A DNA stretch of 64,000 nucleotides, taken from assembly GCA_977020255.1 (NCBI GenBank), contig CDROCS010004457.1, forward strand, positions 1-64,000, read 5' to 3'. Each line of letters starts with the position of its first letter. Positions within the stretch are counted from its first letter, which is position 1. Positions 32,849 through 43,415 of the stretch are shown here, piece by piece. A program made the position numbers and the translations under genes. Below the pieces are notes generated by a model. That model worked only from the letters and a program-made list of their open reading frames with translations, was not told the origin of the DNA and made no database searches. Source of the stretch: Obrimoposthia wandeli (lineage: Eukaryota).

Positions 32849-34144
32849 ATGAAAACAAACCCTAGCTTTTCTAACACACCTTATTGGCATTTTGACGTAG
32901 ACTTGAATGTCAATACAACGCCATTAGATCAACTTCCCGATAGTATTGAAGTACTCATTGTTGGTTCTGGTTTTACCGCGCTATCAGCAGCATTAACTCT
33001 CTCTAGAGCGGGAAAGTCAGTAGCTATTGTCGAAGCTCAGGGGATTGCAAGCGGTGCCAGCTCACGTAATGGTGGCCTATTGGGGCCCAGTTTTCACAAG
33101 TTGGGGCTACAAGGCTTAGTTAAAAAATATGGTCAAGAAACGGCTGATGAGCTATTGAAGGAGAGCTTAAAGGGTTACGACTGGTTATTAGATTTCATTG
33201 AAACAGAAAAAATTGAATGTGATTTAGATTACTGTGGTCGTTTTCGCGGCGCTCTTCGCCCTAGCCACTTTAAAAGTTTAGTTGGACAAGCTCAGTCTCT
33301 AGCAGAAAAACTTGATTACCCTGTGAAAATCATTGAAAAATCTGAACAACATACAGAGGTAGGATCAACTAAATATCATGGTGGAGTCGTCTATACTAAG
33401 GATGCTTCGTTACACCCTGCCAAGTTAGTAAAAGGCCTAGTCAACCTTTGTCAGCAACAAGGAGTCAAACTTTTCGCTCAAGCAACGGTTACTAACATTA
33501 CCCAAAGTTCTAGCGGTTTTATAGTAGAGATCGATAAACAAAAAATTCAAGCGGCAACAGTGCTTATCGCCACCAATGGATACACTGGAAATATTACGCC
33601 GCAATTGAAAAAGCGAATTTTGCCGATCCGTTCATCAATGATAGCGACCGAGCCTCTCACTCCAGAGTTTATGAAAAGCATTTCTCCAAAATTACGTACT
33701 CATGGAGGGACTGATCGGCTAGTATTTTACTATCGACCGACACCTGACGGTAAACGTTTTTTATTCGGAGGAAGGGCACTGTCATACCAAGAAAAACCCC
33801 AAGAGTATTACAACTTTTTGCGCCAGAATATGTGCTCTCTCTTTCCCCAGTTACAGGACACAACCATCACTCATGCTTGGTCTGGTCTGGTTGCTTATAG
33901 TTTTGATCATATACCGCATCTAGGTGTTCAAAACGGAATGTACTATGCTATGGCTTATTGCGGATCAGGGGTAGCACGGGCCAATTATTTAGGCCATCAA
34001 ATAGCTCAGAAAATGCTCGGCAAAGGGGGTGAAACTAGCTTTGATCAATTTGATTTCCCCAATCAAGCTTTATACAACGGAAATCCTTGGTTTATGCCAA
34101 CGCTCTTACGTTGGAATAGCTTTGCAGATCGCTGGGGTTTTTAA
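32849..34144 (+). CDS. FAD-dependent oxidoreductase (DadA/PuuB-like)
   Basis: VLIVGSGFTALSAA, GASSRNGG, LHPAKL, YYRPTPDGKRFLFGG, AWSG. Confidence 0.88.
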   Translation: MKTNPSFSNTPYWHFDVDLNVNTTPLDQLPDSIEVLIVGSGFTALSAALTLSRAGKSVAIVEAQGIASGASSRNGGLLGPSFHKLGLQGLVKKYGQETADELLKESLKGYDWLLDFIETEKIECDLDYCGRFRGALRPSHFKSLVGQAQSLAEKLDYPVKIIEKSEQHTEVGSTKYHGGVVYTKDASLHPAKLVKGLVNLCQQQGVKLFAQATVTNITQSSSGFIVEIDKQKIQAATVLIATNGYTGNITPQLKKRILPIRSSMIATEPLTPEFMKSISPKLRTHGGTDRLVFYYRPTPDGKRFLFGGRALSYQEKPQEYYNFLRQNMCSLFPQLQDTTITHAWSGLVAYSFDHIPHLGVQNGMYYAMAYCGSGVARANYLGHQIAQKMLGKGGETSFDQFDFPNQALYNGNPWFMPTLLRWNSFADRWGF

Positions 34145-34795
34145 ATTGCTAAAATAGGCATTTGTGTCTAGTTTTGAAATAAGAAGAGTGTTCCGAAAGA
34201 AAAGAGTCTTATCTTTTCCAGCAAAGCGAACTTGTGAAACGACAGTATGTAGCCCATAGGTGAAATTGCTAAGCGCTTCAGAGTCATCATTTTTACTATT
34301 CGATGATGAATACACCCAAAAAAGTAAATCGCTCTTTTATGAATTACTCTCTCAGCAGGGAGCGAGCACTATTTAAAATATCGAACATTATATCGATCAA
34401 AGTTTATTTGCAACGAAGCCCTAGTTACTCCTAGCTAAGTAAAATTCCTACAATTTTACAACAACAGCCTATTCCCGTATGCTCAATTAAAAAAGAGCGT
34501 ATCTATGAAACATTTATGCGGTGTAATAGAACTAATCGATCATTGCTCTCTAAGCTTTGATAAGCTTGAATTATTGAAAATAAAACCATCTCGCTGTCAC
34601 CTCCCATTTTGTGTGCAGTTCAAATATTATCAATATTCTACTTTTTCCCTACATAGTTTTCAGACACTTCTATCGTGAACCGATCTAGTTTTCCTAGAAC
34701 TGTGCCATAACAATCGTAGTCGAGAGTTTGAATAAATATTTTAGCAAAGTATATTCCTGGATCTAACCTATTATCTAAAGGGGAAAACCTAAAGA

Positions 34796-36076
34796 GTGAA
34801 TATGAAATCAATTTCCATAAGGTTGGCGATAATATATGCATTGGCAGCCTTCCTTATTGCAGTATCAACAGTTGCCTTAGGTTTACTTGGAGACTTGAGC
34901 AGAACAAAAACCGAAATTCATGCGGATATTGAGAATATCCTCGGTTTAGCATCAAGTTCAGCTAGGCAGTCAATTTATGATGTTAGTAAAGTGAATGGTC
35001 AAAAAGTAGTAGAAGGCTTTCAAACCTTCTCTTATATTACTGATGCTGTTCTTTTTGATGAATTAGGATTAGAGTTTTCAACATTCAATAGAAACAGTGC
35101 ACATTACAGCAATTCAACCTGGTTGACCAAGTTAATTTATGGAACTATAGATAAGAAATTTACTAGAATTATCTACGAAGATAATTATAATTTTCCCATG
35201 GGGAAATTAGAACTAATTGTTAACTATGATATAGCGTTAGCGTCATTTTATAACCGAATGAACTCCTGGATGATAAATTCTTTTGCTAGGACCGTTATTA
35301 TATTTATCATTATATTTTTCGTCACACATTCGTATATTACCAATCCTCTTATAAGCCTAGTTCGAGCCTTACGAAAAAAAACAGATATAAACTCTTTAGA
35401 TGTAAAGCTCGAGACGCCAAGGGGGCACAAGCAATCAGAAATAGGCGTATTGGTGAGAGAAATAAATAAGGCATTTACGCAAAAATTTCAGGCACAAAAT
35501 GAGTTAAGAACCTTAAATGAGAAGTTAGAAGAACTCGTAAAAAGCAGAACAGCTGCTCTTGAAAAAGCAAATGAGCAGTTAGAATTATTGGCAACGAAAG
35601 ATCCATTGACTAATGTAAATAATCGAAGAAGTTTTTTTATTCTAGCCGCCGAAAAATTCAAATTATATAAACGCTATCAGCACCCTTTAACAGTCATCAT
35701 GTTGGACATAGACCATTTCAAGCTAATTAATGATAATCATGGTCATAAAATCGGTGACGATGCTCTCGTAAGCTTTGTAAGCACTTGTCTGTCTTGTTTA
35801 AGAGATACTGATGTTTTTGGTCGTATTGGAGGAGAAGAGTTTGCAATTATCCTACCTGAAAGTGATACAAAAGAATCTTTAAAAGTAGCAGAGCGTATTC
35901 GAACCACTGTTCCCAAAGATGATATTTTACTGGGTTACAACATTTCAATGACAGTGAGCATGGGACTTTTTACTCTCAATGAGGGGACACAGAATATGCA
36001 TGAAGCGATTGAATACGCAGATATAGCATTATATCGTGCAAAAAATAATGGCCGCAATAGAATAGAAACTGGCTAA
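34796..36076 (+). CDS. HAMP-GGDEF diguanylate cyclase
   Basis: Two TM, DPLTNVNNRR, RDTD I-site, RIGGEEF, AKNNGRN. Confidence 0.92.
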   Translation: MNMKSISIRLAIIYALAAFLIAVSTVALGLLGDLSRTKTEIHADIENILGLASSSARQSIYDVSKVNGQKVVEGFQTFSYITDAVLFDELGLEFSTFNRNSAHYSNSTWLTKLIYGTIDKKFTRIIYEDNYNFPMGKLELIVNYDIALASFYNRMNSWMINSFARTVIIFIIIFFVTHSYITNPLISLVRALRKKTDINSLDVKLETPRGHKQSEIGVLVREINKAFTQKFQAQNELRTLNEKLEELVKSRTAALEKANEQLELLATKDPLTNVNNRRSFFILAAEKFKLYKRYQHPLTVIMLDIDHFKLINDNHGHKIGDDALVSFVSTCLSCLRDTDVFGRIGGEEFAIILPESDTKESLKVAERIRTTVPKDDILLGYNISMTVSMGLFTLNEGTQNMHEAIEYADIALYRAKNNGRNRIETG

Positions 36077-36311
36077 TCTTTTTGGTTGTATTAATTATTT
36101 CTCTGGTTTATTGTTTTTCCATTCTTGGTTAATACTAGAGCTTGTTGGCTTTTGCTATGAAAGCCATTTAAAAACACCACCCTAGTTCATTATTCGTTGC
36201 TACCCTCCTCTTTGGGATTCTTTTTCTGTCAAAATAAATGAAGAAAATTATCAATATTAAACTGCGGCATGTTCAAGTAAGGAATAATTCAATATACAGC
36301 AGCCCCAGAAG

Positions 36312-38345
36312 TTAATAATTCGATTTCTTCATTTGAGCATTGACTAGCCGTTGAGCTTTTAACAGCGCTTCTTCAACTGTTATTTTATTTTGGATAACTT
36401 CACTAAAGATAACACCGACATGGCGACCAAAAGAAGGAAATTCTGGAATTCCCACGTATTGTATGCCGATATATGGCTTGGCCTTAAGTGTGGAGTTTAC
36501 TGGGTCAGATGCATTAATCGTTTTTAATACAAAGCTAGCGAAAGGTGCTTCTTTTAGGTAATTTTTCAGGCTATACGTTGATTTTCGTGTTCCTGGCGGA
36601 AGCGATACCCAGCCTTCATTCCTAGCGACCAGTTGAATGTATTCTTTTGACGTCGCCCAAGTGATGAATTTAAGCGCTCCAAGCTGATTTTTCGACGAAC
36701 TTGAGATTGCAAGTGCCCACGTCCACAGCCAACTAGCTCCTCTGTGGGTTTTAGCTATGGGCGCTGCCGCTATTTTTGTACTGGCGTGAACAACAGATTT
36801 TTGTGGGTGAAAAATGCTACCAGCAGCAACAGTAGCATCAATCCAAATTCCGCAGTGGCCTGATAAGAATAAAGACAAATTTTCCTTGTACCCATTCATG
36901 TGCGAGTTGGGAGGAGCATACTGGGTAATGAGTGTTTTGTAAGTTTGTAATGCCCTTTTCCATTCTGCGGTATTAATTTGAGGATTCCAACCTTCATCAA
37001 ACCACCGCCCTCCAAATGTATTGACCATAGTACTTATAAGCCCTATATTTTCTCCCCAACCCGCTTTTCCTCTAAGGCATATACCAAAAACCCCTTTCTC
37101 TGGTTGGTGAATTTTCTTCGCATGTTGTTCTATCTCTATATAAGTAGGCTGCTCGCTCATATTTATTCCAGCAGCATCAAATAAGTCCTTTCGATAATAG
37201 GTGACTGAACTTTCAGAATAGAATGGTAATGAATATAGCTCTCCTTGATAAGTCAGTGACTGTTTGACATTGTTGACAAGATCATTTATATCGTAATCTT
37301 CCGGCAAGTTATCAAGTGGGATGATCCAGTTATTTTTGGCCCAAGTCGTCGCCTCCAATGCACCTATTGTCATAATATCAAATTGACCATTAGCGATAGC
37401 TAAATCGCCTAATAGCCTTTTTCGCAAGGTATTTTCATCTAAAAGTCGCCATTCAATACGGATATCAGGATTAACACGCTCAAATTCTTTCGACAACGAA
37501 CGCATTATTAGCATGTCAGCGTTATTGACGGCCCCTATTGTTAGCAGAGTTTTTCCTTTACTATCATTCTTGGGTTGAAAAAGCCCATGCCTATTGAGGA
37601 TATTTTGAAGCGTTCCATCTTGCTTAATAGCGGCCAACCCTTTATTAAAAGTGTTAACTTTATCTAGATAATTAGCCGATTGTTTTGAAAAAGCTAGGTG
37701 AAAATCTCTATGAGATAATGTGGTAGGTAAAAACTCAAATTGGCCTATCAGATGTGGCCGTTGAGTGGTTAATAGGTCTGCAGCGTTAAACCTATCAATA
37801 ACAGCAAGGTCAATTCTTCCTGCCGCTAATTTATCTAAGTTTTGGATATCAAGAGAGACCAATTCTTTAGTGAGGGCTTTAGCGTTATCAAATTCAGCTG
37901 AAATCGATACTCCGCGAACGATGCCTATGTCATAACCTTGCAATTGCTCGATGAGTTCATCTAGGTTGCTATATGAATTAGCGGAGATTGATAGTTGACG
38001 GGACTTTTTCTTTAACAAACCAAATGTATTTCCAGGAAAAGGATTTGAATATTCAAAGGTCGTATTACTTATTGAATCAGTGGACGGGAAATAGCCATCA
38101 ACAACTCCAAGTTCAGTATCTCGCTGGGCTCTAGCTAATGGTACAAAATCAACCACTGCATTAATACCGACTCGTCTATATGCTTCATTCACCAGCTCAA
38201 CAACGTAGCCGTTTTCAGGCAGAGAGATTCCAGCATAAGGTTCCTGTTCGATAGAACGTAGTTTGACCACAGAAACTTCTGACGATTGAGCGATAGGCAC
38301 AAACGCTAATACAGATATGATTAAGGAGACAATAAAATGGTTCAT
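36312..38345 (-). CDS. Two-domain solute-binding protein (SBP_bac_3-like plus polyol/sugar SBP)
   Basis: N-half: EPYAG..GYVVELV, LAAGRIDLAVID, FNKGLAAIKQDG. C-half: DENTLR, GQFDIMTIG, YSLPFYSESS, CLRGKAGWGEN, YIGIQYVGIPEF. Confidence 0.85.
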   Translation of the reverse strand: MNHFIVSLIISVLAFVPIAQSSEVSVVKLRSIEQEPYAGISLPENGYVVELVNEAYRRVGINAVVDFVPLARAQRDTELGVVDGYFPSTDSISNTTFEYSNPFPGNTFGLLKKKSRQLSISANSYSNLDELIEQLQGYDIGIVRGVSISAEFDNAKALTKELVSLDIQNLDKLAAGRIDLAVIDRFNAADLLTTQRPHLIGQFEFLPTTLSHRDFHLAFSKQSANYLDKVNTFNKGLAAIKQDGTLQNILNRHGLFQPKNDSKGKTLLTIGAVNNADMLIMRSLSKEFERVNPDIRIEWRLLDENTLRKRLLGDLAIANGQFDIMTIGALEATTWAKNNWIIPLDNLPEDYDINDLVNNVKQSLTYQGELYSLPFYSESSVTYYRKDLFDAAGINMSEQPTYIEIEQHAKKIHQPEKGVFGICLRGKAGWGENIGLISTMVNTFGGRWFDEGWNPQINTAEWKRALQTYKTLITQYAPPNSHMNGYKENLSLFLSGHCGIWIDATVAAGSIFHPQKSVVHASTKIAAAPIAKTHRGASWLWTWALAISSSSKNQLGALKFITWATSKEYIQLVARNEGWVSLPPGTRKSTYSLKNYLKEAPFASFVLKTINASDPVNSTLKAKPYIGIQYVGIPEFPSFGRHVGVIFSEVIQNKITVEEALLKAQRLVNAQMKKSNY

Positions 38346-39312
38346 CGCTATTTAACTTCCGTGTGATAATTTATATTCAGTATATCCTAAGTAGACTGCT
38401 GAAGGATTCGAATTATGGCTCCGTTGCAAATAAGCCTTTCTCACTATAATGCTCTACATTTTTAATAGGCTCTCCCTGTGGATATTTTTTTTACTAAAAA
38501 CCTGATGAGATTACTGCTAGATCGCAAGGAAGATCGATCTAAAATGATTATCTGCGAATTAGACTAGCTGCTTCAGTAGCTGGTGTTTTAGCTGAAAAAT
38601 TACATTTTAATCAAGCGGAGTGAATTCACGTGTCATTTGTTAACTACTCCGCTGGAAACGGAAACTAATTAATATTAGTAGAGGCAAAACGAGAACTCCA
38701 TAAAATCAAGCATTACTTATCTTATGATAACTATTCACTATGCATTTAATATGGTTATGCCACAAAGTTTTAAAGTAAGCTTCAAAGGTTAATCTGTAGA
38801 CGTGATTATGCGACGAACTCTAAGAATTTATAATAATCCGAGAGATCTGTATTTTGAACTACTTCTTCCTAATCATGTGAGCCTATTCAATGCCAGCTAA
38901 CGTCGCACTGGCAGAATGAAAGGCTTAAAGTTCATCATAGGGTTCCTTTTTTTCTTGCCAAGCCGTTGATATTATTTAAATAATTAACTCTTAATATATC
39001 TATAAAGTATGTAAAGCAAAAAAAATAACAGAGTATTAATATTCATCAATCCAGCATAATAGGCACCTATTTTATCAATGGCAACCTTCTCAGGCAGCCC
39101 ATTATTATCACTACTGATTACTATTGGCTCCCTATCGTTTGCTGAGTAGTAATAATGAGTCCTTATTGTTATGGATGGCTTTGCGCAATTAAAAATACAT
39201 GGTTTTCCTATGTTAAAGTATTGTTTTAAATTATAAAATTTATAAACATAAAGATTTATCGCCCTCGCATCCAATTTCATGGACGAAAATTTAATTATAC
39301 GAAAGGAAATCT

Positions 39313-41433
39313 ATGTTTAATCCAGATTTTGTAAATGGTGTCAATATCGGTGACGCACCTGGTAAATTTGAAGTTACTTCTAGTACATTCATAAAAGGCT
39401 TGAATAACATTTCTGGCTCTATAGGATCGGATTCTGATTCAGTTGATATCTATCGATTTTCCCCAGACCTTAGTGGCCGAGCAACCTTCGAGCTCTCAGG
39501 CTTATCAAAAGACCTCGACATAATACTGTATGACCAAGACCAAAAAATACTCAAAGCTTCAAGAAATCTAACCACAATTGATGAGTCAATCTCTTACAAC
39601 CTAGACTCTTCTCAATTTTATTACTTCGAAGTTAGCCCTGCGGAACGTTTTTCTTATTACGCTTCAAATTACGAATTATTGGTTAATTTACCAACAGATC
39701 AAGATTATGAAGCGACAATAGCCACCGCCGGTAACATCGGTGTTAATGAACCAGTGACTAGCTCTATTGATACTACTGAGGATAAAGATTGGTATAAAAT
39801 CCATTTGATTGCTGGCACCTATCAAATATCATTGAAAGGGTCTGATACTAATAGCGGCACTTTACTTAACCCCTATTTAGAAGGCGTATTCAATTCACAA
39901 GGAGAGCTAATTAATGACTCTAGCGACGATAATAGCGGCTCAGGACTCAATAGTTTAAAAGAGTTTGTAGCGCCAGAAAGCGGTGATTACTACATTTCAG
40001 CAGGTGCCAAAGAAGATGCTACAGGCACTTATACACTTGAGGTTAGTGGAGATGTACCAACACCTAGTGATGACTTTAGTGCCGACATAAACACCACAGG
40101 TAACATAGTAGCAGGAGTAACCGCTACAGGGGTAATAGAACAAAGCTTTGATCATGATTGGTTTCGTGTTGAGCTAACCCCCGGCATATACTATGTGTAT
40201 GCCGAAGGAGCTCCCCATGGTGGTGGGACCTTAGTTGATCCTCAAGCTTGGGTTTACAATTCTTCAGGGACCTTTGTTTCTGTCAACATAAGATCTGGAT
40301 CAGGGAGTACCCCAGACAAGCTCACTCTTCGCGTATCTGAAACAGCTGAATACTTTATAGAAGTTGGGTCGTATTTTGATCGCAAATATATAGGGTCATA
40401 TACTCTGCGATTAGAAGCTGATTCAAACGATCCTGGAGATAGCGTCACTTCAAATACAGGTAGTATTTCTGTTAATCAGACAATTGAAAATAAAATCGAA
40501 ATTGGTGGCGATGTCGATTGGTTCAAGATAAATTTAAAAGCAGATGAGCCTTACCAATTCGATTTGTTTAATTTACATGGTCCATCCAGGCTTTATGACC
40601 CATTCAATCCCACTATTGATGGCGTGTTTAATTCTGATGGCGTTTTGCAATACGGCACCAAAGAAAAGCCAGGTCCAGAGCTCACAAGAAATGATAATGG
40701 CCACTACGATAGCCGGTTAGTTTATACCCCTAAAAATGATGGAGAGTATTTTGTCTCTGTATCTGGTGGTGGTTACGGGCACTACCGATTGTCAGCAAAA
40801 GACACCTTAGACGCTGGTAACGGCACTCCTATCATTGAGGGTAATTCGAGTATAACCGGCACTATAGGTGATGAAGTACTAACTGGTACTGATGGAGTAG
40901 ACACTGTTATTTATGAGCGGGATTTTTTAGAATTCAGCTATGAAAAAAATAATGCCAATCAAAGCGTTAATGATAACAATGGACAACTAGGGCTAGATTC
41001 TCTAATAAATATTGAGAGGCTCAAATTTACAGATAAAAATATAGCTATAGACCTAGATGGGAATGCTGGCAATGTTGCTAAAGTTCTGGGGGCAGTATTT
41101 GGTGCAGACTCTATTACTAACAAAGCGTTAGTCGGCATAGGTTTGAGCCTGTTAGATAGTGGGATGGGCTACCACACTCTTGTGCAAAAGGCCCTAGGCG
41201 CGAAACTGGGAATCAACGCCAGTAATGAAGCTGTCATAGATTTACTGTTTGAAAATTTGGCTGGGCGAATTCCCACCGATGCTGAGAAAAGTGGATTTCT
41301 TAGCCAGCTGGAGTCTGGTTATTATTCAATGGAGGGCTTAGGTGTACTCGCTTCTGAAGGAGGAGCCAATATTGCAAATATTGACCTTGTTGGTTTGACT
41401 ACAACTGGGCTGGAATACACTCCCTTTATGTGA
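39313..41433 (+). CDS. Secreted protein with four PPC-like domains and DUF4214-type C-terminus
   Basis: Four repeats of D.D(W/I)Y/F...G.YY(I/F)..Y.L; IERLKFTD.NIAIDLDGNAG..AKVLGAVFG tail; no signal peptide. Confidence 0.75.
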   Translation: MFNPDFVNGVNIGDAPGKFEVTSSTFIKGLNNISGSIGSDSDSVDIYRFSPDLSGRATFELSGLSKDLDIILYDQDQKILKASRNLTTIDESISYNLDSSQFYYFEVSPAERFSYYASNYELLVNLPTDQDYEATIATAGNIGVNEPVTSSIDTTEDKDWYKIHLIAGTYQISLKGSDTNSGTLLNPYLEGVFNSQGELINDSSDDNSGSGLNSLKEFVAPESGDYYISAGAKEDATGTYTLEVSGDVPTPSDDFSADINTTGNIVAGVTATGVIEQSFDHDWFRVELTPGIYYVYAEGAPHGGGTLVDPQAWVYNSSGTFVSVNIRSGSGSTPDKLTLRVSETAEYFIEVGSYFDRKYIGSYTLRLEADSNDPGDSVTSNTGSISVNQTIENKIEIGGDVDWFKINLKADEPYQFDLFNLHGPSRLYDPFNPTIDGVFNSDGVLQYGTKEKPGPELTRNDNGHYDSRLVYTPKNDGEYFVSVSGGGYGHYRLSAKDTLDAGNGTPIIEGNSSITGTIGDEVLTGTDGVDTVIYERDFLEFSYEKNNANQSVNDNNGQLGLDSLINIERLKFTDKNIAIDLDGNAGNVAKVLGAVFGADSITNKALVGIGLSLLDSGMGYHTLVQKALGAKLGINASNEAVIDLLFENLAGRIPTDAEKSGFLSQLESGYYSMEGLGVLASEGGANIANIDLVGLTTTGLEYTPFM

Positions 41434-41459
41434 TTTTTCCGTGGCCTATGTTCTTTTGT

Positions 41460-41484
41460 AGAGAGCTTCTCAAGCTCTCTTTTT
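41460..41484 (+). terminator. Intrinsic terminator
   Basis: AGAGAGCTT-CTC-AAGCTCTCT-TTTT, 27 bp after the stop. Confidence 0.8.
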
Positions 41485-42250
41485 ACATATAAAGTTAACT
41501 TTCTTTAAAAATGAGGTGTAATTTTACCTATCTACTTGTTTGGTCACTTTATCCTTGTAACTCTATGAAGCTGGTGGAAATAAATTTCCTAAAAGGCCTG
41601 TGGTTAAAGCTGTTCAGCTAACATTACACCTAACCTAAATAGCTTACCCTTTACCGTAATCTTGCCGTAATTATTCAGGCTTCAATCCTTTAGAAGTTGT
41701 TTTTTCCGACTAGGAACATAGGAAGTTTGTAACACTAATTTAAAATTAAAAGTAGGCCCTAACCAATCACATACTATTTTGCACAAAGTAGCCGCTATTA
41801 CACTAGCTTCTTTATTTAAGGGCTCATGCACAAATCGTAGATCATTATCAAACTGGATAGCAATGGTGGAAGCTAAGCTTTAAGTATTACCGTATTCTTT
41901 ATGTGATATTAGCCAATAAACAACTAGTAATATACTGCGATAGCCAAGTGTTTTACTCATTTACTTATATATGTAATTTAGCCAGATACAAAATTAGAGT
42001 TACTCCTGCAATGAGCCCACATACAGATAAACCGCTCTTATTGGAATGTTTCTAAGAAAACGCAACCCTGCTTATGTTGAACTATTAATAAGTGTTTGAA
42101 AATGTGGTAAATTCTAGCAGTTGAACTTGGCGCCTGCTGAAAACTAGGCTGATTTTCACGATGGTATTTTAAGGGCCTCAATTGATCAATAAAAAGCTGA
42201 CCAGTTCGATATTGTAATATTTTAAATAATATTTTTACAAGGAATAGATA

Positions 42251-43240
42251 GTGAAAATAACAACCGAATCAAACTCAGCAACATTTAAGTTAGATAATGT
42301 AAATAACCTACTGTTCGCTTTAAAGTCAAGCGAGCGAACACTAGCTCTTTCTTTGTTCGATCCAAATATAAAGTCCACGTGGGTATCATTATCAAATACA
42401 AGCTCTAAAGAATATTATACTTTGAATGGTGCTTTTTCTTTTGTAGTTAACAATAAGCTCGAAGGTGTTTCAGGTGAAGTATCTAGCTTACAGTATCTTG
42501 AATATTTAGGTGAGGGACTAGGGTATGATAAAGTTATTTTTTCCGATATAAGCACTGATTTAACAGCATTATTATCTACATCTGAATGGGCCACTTTGCT
42601 TAAGGGCAGCGATGATATATCGGGCGGTAATAATTCTGATTCGATTACAGGCTATTCTGGAAATGATGTTTTAGCTGGACAGGGTGGTAATGATTCCATC
42701 ATAGGTGGAGAAGGTGCTGATACTGCGGTGTTTTCTGGTGCTATTGCTAGCTATAGTTTTACTGAGCAAGAAGGTGTTTTAACAGTTTCTGATCATATTG
42801 GAACAGATGGGATAGATGTCTTAAGTGGTATTGAAACCTTACGCTTTGCTGATGCCGAAATATCTGCTGCCGATATAGGCAAAGGTAGTGGAGGAATAGA
42901 TAGTAACTTAATTTCAATTATTTTAAATAATGGAGTACTTGATCAGAACCCATTATTCTTGAGCGATTTAGTGGAAACAGTTGTTTATAGTGGAGGAAGA
43001 GTTACCGGGCATACAATTAGCTATAACGGAGCTGATTATGCTTTCGATGTAGTTGCTGCTCTTTCTACGACTGTCATAAGAAGTGGAGAGTTCACTGACG
43101 AATTTCGCACAGAGATTACAAATTTTTCATCGTCTTTATCAGCTATCACTTATCAAGAAGCAGTTACCCTAGTAGGAGTTGCAAACTTAAGTGGGATATT
43201 GCTAGAAGTAGCAGGATCTGACGGTAATTACATAGGGTAA
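42251..43240 (+). CDS. RTX-type calcium-binding secreted protein
   Basis: GGNNSDSITGYSGNDVLAGQGGNDSIIGGEGADT nonapeptides; IETLRFAD; no signal peptide. Confidence 0.8.
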   Translation: MKITTESNSATFKLDNVNNLLFALKSSERTLALSLFDPNIKSTWVSLSNTSSKEYYTLNGAFSFVVNNKLEGVSGEVSSLQYLEYLGEGLGYDKVIFSDISTDLTALLSTSEWATLLKGSDDISGGNNSDSITGYSGNDVLAGQGGNDSIIGGEGADTAVFSGAIASYSFTEQEGVLTVSDHIGTDGIDVLSGIETLRFADAEISAADIGKGSGGIDSNLISIILNNGVLDQNPLFLSDLVETVVYSGGRVTGHTISYNGADYAFDVVAALSTTVIRSGEFTDEFRTEITNFSSSLSAITYQEAVTLVGVANLSGILLEVAGSDGNYIG

Positions 43241-43415
43241 TCGTTTCATTTTTTTAAGTTGAATAAGATAGTACTGTCTACAATTCAAATAGCAAAAAAC
43301 GTTAAAGGAAGTGTGAGGCAGAGCTAAGTAATAAGGCCATACAAACCCAGACATTCATCTACTCTGCGTGCTTTGAAAAGCGCCATTAATACTTTCCAAA
43401 GCCATCAGTCAATGC

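Noticed and set aside
38984-39280. 98-aa minus-strand ORF
   Set aside because: AT-rich, atypical composition, overlaps the probable promoter of 39313; not supported as a gene.
38346-39312. c-di-GMP riboswitch upstream of the secreted-protein cluster
   Set aside because: I did not find the GEMM-I GCAAA/GACGCAAA pattern here or at 41490-42250.
41651-41672. TTACCGTAATCTTGCCGTAATT direct repeat (similar ACCGTAAATTGCCAC at 52786) as a second att arm
   Set aside because: Too short, with no associated core or tRNA fragment.
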